Shown piece by piece: positions 59,801 to 64,000 of a stretch of DNA of 64,000 bases. Within the stretch, counting starts at the first letter, position 1, and each line of letters begins with the position of its first letter. Below the pieces are notes generated by a model. The model did not search any database. It had not been told where the DNA came from and was given only the letters and a program-made list of their open reading frames with translations. Both the position numbers and the translations under genes were made by a program. Where the stretch lies: positions 1,541,442 through 1,605,441 of the forward strand of contig JACKPC010000001.1 of the NCBI GenBank assembly GCA_024233835.1, in the 5' to 3' direction. Origin of the DNA: Leptospiraceae bacterium. Lineage in GTDB: Bacteria > Spirochaetota > Leptospiria > Leptospirales > Leptospiraceae.

Positions 59801-60775
59801 CTGGATCCGCAGAAACTCTATGAAATGGGAATGGGAGATGAGGAAATTGAGCATTTATATTCATCTCTTGTTACGGCAGAAGGCAGGAAGAGTAATCGGG
59901 AATACTCCGAACTCTCAGACAAAACAGCAGAGGCTGCAAGGGAGAAAAAAAGAGAGGCAGAAAGAAAATATAAAGAAACAGTAGAGCCCCTTTTAAAACT
60001 AATGGGCTCGGATTATGAAACGGAAATGGCGGTTGCTGAAAAAATGAGACAGGCGAGGGAAACAGGACTTACAGATATATTCTCGGAAGAAGAACTCATG
60101 CAGATATTTAGAGAGAGTTCCGGCAGTCAAAAACTCAAGCAGAATAGGATGTATGATTCTTATGAAGGCATGAAGTTGATTGCAGAAACCGATGCAAACC
60201 AGAAAAAAGGTGGTGGCGAACATGAAGTTGTAAAAGATATCGCGAAAGAAATTAAAGAAGGTGTATTTACAACCGGAAACAAGGAACTGGATAAGAAAAT
60301 TAAAGATAATGCAGCTAAAGATAATATTGCGAATACTTTATGTTGGGCGAATCAAATAATATTTGCCAGTAATAAGGCCAGAAGAGATATGGGGCAAGAA
60401 ACCTTATCTATGAAAGATGCCTATAAGTTGTTATTAACTAAAGGAGGTATTGAAGCGAATAAAATGACATCTGTTTTATACGATAAAGCTTATGAAGTAC
60501 TGGCACCGAGTGGCTATGAGACTAACATTGTCAGGGAACAGAAGGATTTTGAGGAGTTTGTAAAAAACTCTCCCGATAATTCCTACTTTCATGTTCGCAC
60601 TACCTACGGAGACTCTTTTACCGGGGCAGGACATTCTACCGGTATTTATAAGTCGGGAAATGAATTACGCAGAGTGGATACTATGCAGTATACAACGGTT
60701 CCGGACTTTGATGAAAAATGGGAGAAGAGAAAAGTCACCATGATAGAAAGGGTTTATTATCAAAAAACAAATTAA
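53894..60775 (+). CDS. giant (2293 aa) secreted/membrane-associated coiled-coil protein with central glycine-zipper hydrophobic segment and Gly/Asn-rich beta region
   Basis: N-terminal hydrophobic segment. About 1400 aa E/K-rich predicted coiled coil. GxxxG/AxxxG-rich hydrophobic helices around aa 1490-1600 (e.g. GVGAGIAAGGVSLGMAVSSGYAAY). Then alternating G-x-N/L beta-like repeats, a second coiled coil and a unique C-terminus. Confidence 0.7.
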   Translation: MKYLVYIIYLFWNIGMFAYDLPGLRYTKPDIINEVKPHIERANLEENEVAWKESMETAKTKLFENWNQDLEGEIQQILSSIPSTETGMETEIYTSEILNFLKIQKEALLKQWNSEMEQYILGEFSNFLNLHTGGEEEKGESYDQEVLSIDDSIAKEMQPDTVTEEYYLGKDYWEKNAAELLERRKKWEDESLQTIQKGMEEWNRLIGDLETEKEKQETGIEERINYWKNYKLNLELLLKKNREDLQAYLVNTRSEMNQMLSTVDTNEAIVDKEAFKQSIGNYLQLQESLNTALASGASLEELSLQISKYYDTKKLEASNKAEYWKAEKSITGKIHEETVNFNTDLGYSKIYCETLRREGFEDACPFGTVDSPTYKAMSMTEDGTMLGWHMDASTKELYLGTRYYYNTDSYKIPIYGYYTEVNNGFSEEIHGPVYDVRFDNTGFDMIKYQENIRILGIIRKTGTQDLSRFLNGNIRIDSQSSQLKAKDPGSGEWRYFTEAGTHSSEFKYYGEKITMDWQIPVSTANVRNDLIIETNYSYTDRNAEANETFWNNLSQKYSSYAENFRNLSIALSGIEKKVSDFLNIYDSSLESLTNYKAEIAESMNKEIAAQVKERDIWIEEVYGYTLDDFTNSVGENVNSEYRLGQKEWEDAFRAYRRRELTWLEEAAKELDKKVYGPNESETSLLSKIETSTKSMKEDILESEERVEDLKQYAETQRDSFYFKSAKELIEEAELLKEQELISNQKAMHLSEEALNSSIRAENYLLAEKDSLVLASLIKSEFGEEASVVEPDIERFQTEQVYWKNEIEGADGGFAYKKRIRLAELELPVLKQNSLDLQKAENLQAQMIEKEKKSFLALNEKYKKAESYYSSYESEKANAELENAEYYYHLSIRTREEARESFYKEYKENLKDAETSFNESKLIYSYSAMENYLKRKKSLLEYDYAILIAQVKEDAFKQESDLNSEIKDILSKSRINRTRQQENLQDLGALLELAKRLSTSSIPEIMNWKEEALQLSYKGPMNLNPKRLDVSNLSYLEAEYRKGILHYNELEKHSFLTEEEVQSINSLFAGMSESLNSAGNESIRNYTNSIMEKLISKAKNLGSGLQDKLIKELNSDVKYKYLRDKGYEFQKVSSDIIRIGKNIKNGELNAYGYAMEENTYGPQYTYLQFTIQTEYRVPAFSLGNADSIFREEFKALELQGSLESIQEYYNSVESEIALFFDKAKEIEDAYKAEELNIQTLEDNYISLKDSYVENYQGLEPAYRTSYDASISDFKKSMESMEYTFSGKQGKRVLKGKANVPTPIGVLPMDIVYGEQTLELPSDFTLADLKRSYELSGQGSSYVANTIQESNDDFSKYLREKINALQKVYEANERDKEEKGFLFDVLSGAAGSSGSVKKAIQTSLKNEVQSRVSAQIAKDSGLPTEFVSALMGGKKPQEAARSYVESKAKTELAKALNLPPELMMSYLEKNGVVKKKDPLRQYTNAGSALLVSGAAGLVLGPSAALLPLAVEVLNSTASKSLGKNNPLTKGVNSYSNFMDRTVRNDVSDFLYKNDQIIDTTVTVGAHVTTAMAYGTAAVGTAFAWTGVGAGIAAGGVSLGMAVSSGYAAYKAARGAVFGGTKGALAGVLTAGATVSQVVGVTYDVSYTYDGGFAGGLGLSLPGTGSFLSAGVRFGEGRKASYRLGAEYGGLNLGLNMDGQQIQSASLSYGTRVSDVKMNLGYNWSATNGNGLGLSLGNENVKIGIDHSEYGGTDFSLDGSLKLNPLLTTNAGISWNTKGKWGVDASIEYKEQRKRGEYSDILSNGEFGIHYDGRNISANLDLAGTNAFRYENGTVIGNTNFAQEFGNAYFKKRTLEQMEVEREIKEEEERRQEEERRKESRRNFLNSLGIVEEKDEDETDTEEDKLEEEKRTLSIVYIKTTTEEAEDYIQDLEKSGKYTAEEIADLKNSLKTAQKSWSDKDKRTEMLEATKNLDPQKLYEMGMGDEEIEHLYSSLVTAEGRKSNREYSELSDKTAEAAREKKREAERKYKETVEPLLKLMGSDYETEMAVAEKMRQARETGLTDIFSEEELMQIFRESSGSQKLKQNRMYDSYEGMKLIAETDANQKKGGGEHEVVKDIAKEIKEGVFTTGNKELDKKIKDNAAKDNIANTLCWANQIIFASNKARRDMGQETLSMKDAYKLLLTKGGIEANKMTSVLYDKAYEVLAPSGYETNIVREQKDFEEFVKNSPDNSYFHVRTTYGDSFTGAGHSTGIYKSGNELRRVDTMQYTTVPDFDEKWEKRKVTMIERVYYQKTN

Positions 60776-60786
60776 AGGAAAAACAA

Positions 60787-61416
60787 ATGAAGAAAACAGG
60801 TACAAAGAGTATATTCTGGATTGCTTTTATATTGATAGCGATCTTGAATTGTAAAGGAAAAAAGGGCAGTTTCAAGGAGTATTGTTTTGGTGCTTTCGGA
60901 AACCCCGTGTTTTATACCGAACCGGGGAATAAGGGAAAATACAAAAAGATGGGTTGTATGCAGGGAGAAATAATGGAAACCTTTCAGGAATACTCGGATC
61001 CTAACAGAATAGAGAAAAAAGCAAGCTGGAAGTATGCGAGTTGCGGAAGGTTTGAGGGTTGGATAGAAACGAATGATTTATTTTGTTCTAAGGACAGGGC
61101 CTATTTAGAAGAAAGCTGGAAGCTGGGAAAGTTATTTGATGAAAGATATCAGAGACCGAGGGGATATGATTTCGATGGCAAAATCCTGATGATTAATCTG
61201 AATATACGGGAGCATGTATTTTCCCTGAGTATGTCCAAATTTGATATTTCTTTCAGGGAATATCAAATTATCCAGAAAGATACCTGGAGGGTGCAAAATA
61301 AAACCGAATCTTTGCTCTTGCAGTATAAGCCCGGAGGAATTATCAGTTTTACAGTAGAGAAAGACCCGAATAACAAGTTAAGCTTTTTAAATGGCAGAGA
61401 ACTTCAGGGTAAATGA
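60787..61416 (+). CDS. SH3b-like lipoprotein (start at MKKTGTK…, lipobox ILNC)
   Basis: Lipobox. SH3b-like pattern (…VFYTEPG…GKYKKMG…GWIETNDL). Paralog of 61443-62069. Confidence 0.5.
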   Translation: MKKTGTKSIFWIAFILIAILNCKGKKGSFKEYCFGAFGNPVFYTEPGNKGKYKKMGCMQGEIMETFQEYSDPNRIEKKASWKYASCGRFEGWIETNDLFCSKDRAYLEESWKLGKLFDERYQRPRGYDFDGKILMINLNIREHVFSLSMSKFDISFREYQIIQKDTWRVQNKTESLLLQYKPGGIISFTVEKDPNNKLSFLNGRELQGK

Positions 61417-61442
61417 AATAGGAAGAAAATGAGGAAAAACTA

Positions 61443-62069
61443 ATGAATAGAATAATGGAAAAAATTTTAAGTCTTATATTTTTATCTGTCCTGATGACAG
61501 CTTGCAAAGAAAAGCGTATTCCTCTTGAATACTGTGTGCATTTTTCGGATATGGCTCTTTATGCTGAGCCCAAAGTAGATAAGTCGAAACAGTTGGGAAG
61601 CTGCAAAAAAGAGAAACCTTTTGAAGAGTATGATTCGGAATCTATAGAACAGGGAAAAAAATATAATACCTGGCTAAATGTGGTATGCTCCGGAAAAGAA
61701 GGCTGGGTTTTATCTGAAGGAAGTTATTGCCATAGGGATAATGGCTTTATTGAAGCCAACCTGAATAAGATAAAGCTGGCCAGACAATTTAATAAGGAAT
61801 TGGATCAGGGAGAAAATTACGGCGGAGCTTCATTTGGAGTTATGGTGCATAAGGATGACCTTCGAGCTGTGATATATTTGGGAAAACAGTATTTCTTTTC
61901 AAATTATACTCGGATTGGCTACATGCAATGGAGGCTTACGAATGAGTTTGGGGAATCTATAGTCGTAAAAAGGGTAAACCGAACCATATACTTTCAGGTA
62001 GAAAAAGATCCGGATGAAAGGTTCAGAGAACTCAGAACGGAGAGTTTTACCGCAGAACCACAGCTTTAA
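61443..62069 (+). CDS. SH3b-like lipoprotein, tandem paralog
   Basis: Lipobox LMTAC. Shared motifs YC-x-F, GSCKKEKPFEEY vs GCMQGEIMETFQEY, VEKDP. Confidence 0.5.
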   Translation: MNRIMEKILSLIFLSVLMTACKEKRIPLEYCVHFSDMALYAEPKVDKSKQLGSCKKEKPFEEYDSESIEQGKKYNTWLNVVCSGKEGWVLSEGSYCHRDNGFIEANLNKIKLARQFNKELDQGENYGGASFGVMVHKDDLRAVIYLGKQYFFSNYTRIGYMQWRLTNEFGESIVVKRVNRTIYFQVEKDPDERFRELRTESFTAEPQL

Positions 62070-62112
62070 ACGGTATTTTAGATAAACAGAAAATACACAG
62101 TTCCTAAATTAT

Positions 62113-62146
62113 CCTGCGGAAAACTCTTTTTCCGTAGGCTTTTTTT
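62113..62146 (+). terminator. rho-independent terminator closing the giant-protein operon
   Basis: Stem CCTGCGGAAAA…TTTTCCGTAGG followed by CTTTTTTTAT. Confidence 0.55.
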
Positions 62147-62186
62147 ATCAAGAAAATAATAGCTGTTTAACCCGGAAATTCTTACT

Positions 62187-62210
62187 GACTACCGGTTTAA
62201 ACCGGTAGTC
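62187..62210. promoter_or_regulatory. perfect 24-bp palindrome GACTACCGGTTTAAACCGGTAGTC flanked by direct repeats TGTTTAACCCGGA (62164-62176, 62230-62242)
   Basis: Seen directly, downstream of the LuxR-type regulator stop. It may be that gene's terminator or a dimeric-regulator operator. Confidence 0.4.
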
Positions 62211-62233
62211 AAGGGAATGTTAGTAGATGTTGT

Positions 62234-62845
62234 TTAACCCGGATTTTGATTTATGAATTGTTGTATGAGTTCTATATTATTTTTAACACCAAATTTCTTA
62301 CGTAAATGTGCTGCATGATATTCTATGGTTCTTTGAGATTTCCCCAGTTCTTTTCCGATTTCTTTTGCTGATTTTCCGAGACTGAGTTGCTTTAGAATCT
62401 GCTGTCTGATTTGCCCTTCTTCATCTGATAGAATATTAGAATATAATAGATGCTTAATTTCCTGACTATAATAAGTTTCTCCGAGAGAGATGTTATAAAG
62501 TGCTTTGAGGATAGTTAGCAGTCCTTCTGATTTCAAAATATAGCCATCGACACCGATTTTTTTAGCCTGATTAATAAAGATTAATTCACTATGCAGAGAA
62601 AATATAACTCTTTTTATTTCAGGATATTGTTTTTTTACTTCTTTGAGAAATTCAATTCCATTCATTCCCGGAATATCAATATCGCTGATGATAGCGAAGA
62701 TATGGGATTTGCTTTTTTTAAGATACTGTAAGGCCTGTCTTGCCCTGGTGAATTTTTCTATGATTTGAAAGTTTGCTTTTTGGCTCAGGATTTCAATACC
62801 TTCTAATACAATCTCATGGTCATCGACTAAAATTATATTCTTCAT
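62234..62845 (-). CDS. two-component response regulator, NarL/FixJ (LuxR HTH) family
   Basis: REC domain (DDHEIV…D55 region ISDIDIPGMNG…K) and C-terminal LuxR HTH (LSLGKSAKEIGKELGKSQRTIEYH). Confidence 0.85.
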   Translation of the reverse strand: MKNIILVDDHEIVLEGIEILSQKANFQIIEKFTRARQALQYLKKSKSHIFAIISDIDIPGMNGIEFLKEVKKQYPEIKRVIFSLHSELIFINQAKKIGVDGYILKSEGLLTILKALYNISLGETYYSQEIKHLLYSNILSDEEGQIRQQILKQLSLGKSAKEIGKELGKSQRTIEYHAAHLRKKFGVKNNIELIQQFINQNPG

Positions 62846-62987
62846 TTTTTGAACTTATTGTAAATCCTTGCATTCAATAAATAAAAAAAATTAAAAAGAC
62901 TAGTAAATTTACTAGTTTCATTAAAAAAAACTCTGTAACTTTCTTATTTGATTTGATACTCGTACTGTAAAATCGAGGAGAGGTATA

Positions 62988-64000
62988 ATGAAGTCTATTT
63001 TATTCCTGAGTTTTTTATGTAGCTTCGGGCTTTTAAGTGCAGAGAGTTTGGATGGGTACGTGAAAAGAACCCTTGCCGGAGCTAAAAATGGTAAAAAGGC
63101 AATTTTTAATATGAATGAACCTTCAGTTCCGGAGGTAAAAAGTCGCAGTCTGGAAAAAGAAGATCCGCTTGGTGAGGAACTAATTCGAGCGGTGAGTGAG
63201 GGAGACTTAAATAAAGTGAAAAGTCTGGTTGGCAGAGGAGCCAATGTGAATTACGGTCGAAGAAGCGGTCGTTGTTTTAAAGGGGCAACCCCACTCTGGG
63301 AGGCTACTAATCAATATAAATACGAAATAGCTTCTTATCTGGTTTCTAAAGGAGCAGATGTAAATAAGCAAGATGACTATGGTTGGACTCCCTTATATTT
63401 AACTGCACAAAAAGGCCCCTGGACATTGCTAAATTATTATTAAAAAATGGTGCGAATGTAAATCATCAAACAAAAGATGGAAATAGTATTCTTATGGCAG
63501 CTGCTACAGGTAAATATGAAGTCTTCATGGAAGTGCTACATTATAATCCTAATCTGAAATTGAAAGATGATAAGGGTTTAACCGTGAATTCATACGTGAT
63601 TAATGAATTGGCTGAAGTGAAAGAACAAACAATTAGAGGCTCAAAGAGATATAAGTATTTAACAGAAACGCTTAAAATTTCACCTGAAAATGTATTCGCC
63701 AGTCGATCCTGGAGAGAACCATGGCTAAGATCACGTTTAGTTGTTTTAAATACAGGAATTCAAAATCATAAAAGTTGTTTTGAGCAATTAAAAAGTAAAA
63801 CCTCCATGCGCTGGGAAACAAAACGTGCAAGTTCCGGAAAAACAATTGGGTATGGTACATTGAGGCTTACCCCTGCCACTTATAATAGTATTTCTGGAGT
63901 AAAAACAAGTTACTTCAATATTGTGCAAATCAATGATAAGCGTAAGGGGCAAGAAGTTAAAGGGAATATTTATTCTACTGAATCCACACTTGAATTAAAA
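62988..64000 (+). pseudogene. ankyrin-repeat secreted protein, frameshifted at a C4 tract (63416-63419); continues in +1 frame to window end
   Basis: Signal peptide. ANK repeats (GATPLWEATNQYKYEIASYLVSKGADVN; GWTPLYLTAQKGP/W…). The ORF stops at 63443, but inserting one C restores …AQKGPLDIAKLLLKNGANVNHQTKDGNSILMAAATGKYEV…, open to nt 64000. Confidence 0.6.

Overview
Low-GC chromosomal window whose gene content looks spirochaete / Leptospira-like (inference from spirochaete-type flgE, the ftsQAZ cluster and many lipobox lipoproteins). Core genes: a partial ABC ATPase, a methyl-accepting chemotaxis protein, the ftsQ-ftsA-ftsZ cluster with a tRNA-Pro/Arg/His cluster upstream (all minus strand), an MFS transporter, xseAB, an AI-2E-type permease, the fliK-flgD-flgE hook operon, an OmpA-domain protein with FlgD-Ig-like repeats, a GT1 glycosyltransferase, nhaA and thiS-thiE. 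There is also an operon of a 7TM/PP2C sensor, an outer-membrane barrel protein and a FetAB-like ABC exporter, an M48 peptidase, and a LuxR response regulator.

Two accessory regions stand out.

(1) A very AT-rich island of about 13.6 kb (roughly 6230-19810) next to the tRNA cluster, full of defense-type genes. These are an IetAS-like AAA ATPase plus cytoplasmic S8 subtilase pair, a 1107-aa gamma-class N6-adenine methyltransferase (Type IIG/PglX-like), a HepT/MntA toxin-antitoxin pair, an 1128-aa PLD-nuclease::SNF2-helicase fusion and a DUF4160/DUF2442 pair. The island is subdivided by repeated copies of the 3' end and the upstream region of one resident gene (19048-19509), and ends in a 23-bp tandem array. 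This suggests a cassette-swapping hotspot with no integrase visible.

(2) A Type I R-M operon arranged hsdM - cargo - hsdS - hsdR (minus strand). Between hsdM and hsdS it has taken up a four-gene cassette with two paralogous nucleotidyltransferase-fold proteins, plus a RAYT (IS200-like Y1 transposase) flanked by REP hairpins. The RAYT ORF itself contains 8 in-frame copies of an 18-bp REP-derived repeat.

Further along is an operon of a lipoprotein, a secreted protein, a 2293-aa giant coiled-coil protein with a glycine-zipper/beta-rich core, and two tandem paralogous SH3b-like lipoproteins. This is a possible toxin/immunity or surface-structure locus. At the right edge an ankyrin-repeat gene carries a 1-nt frameshift in a C-tract.
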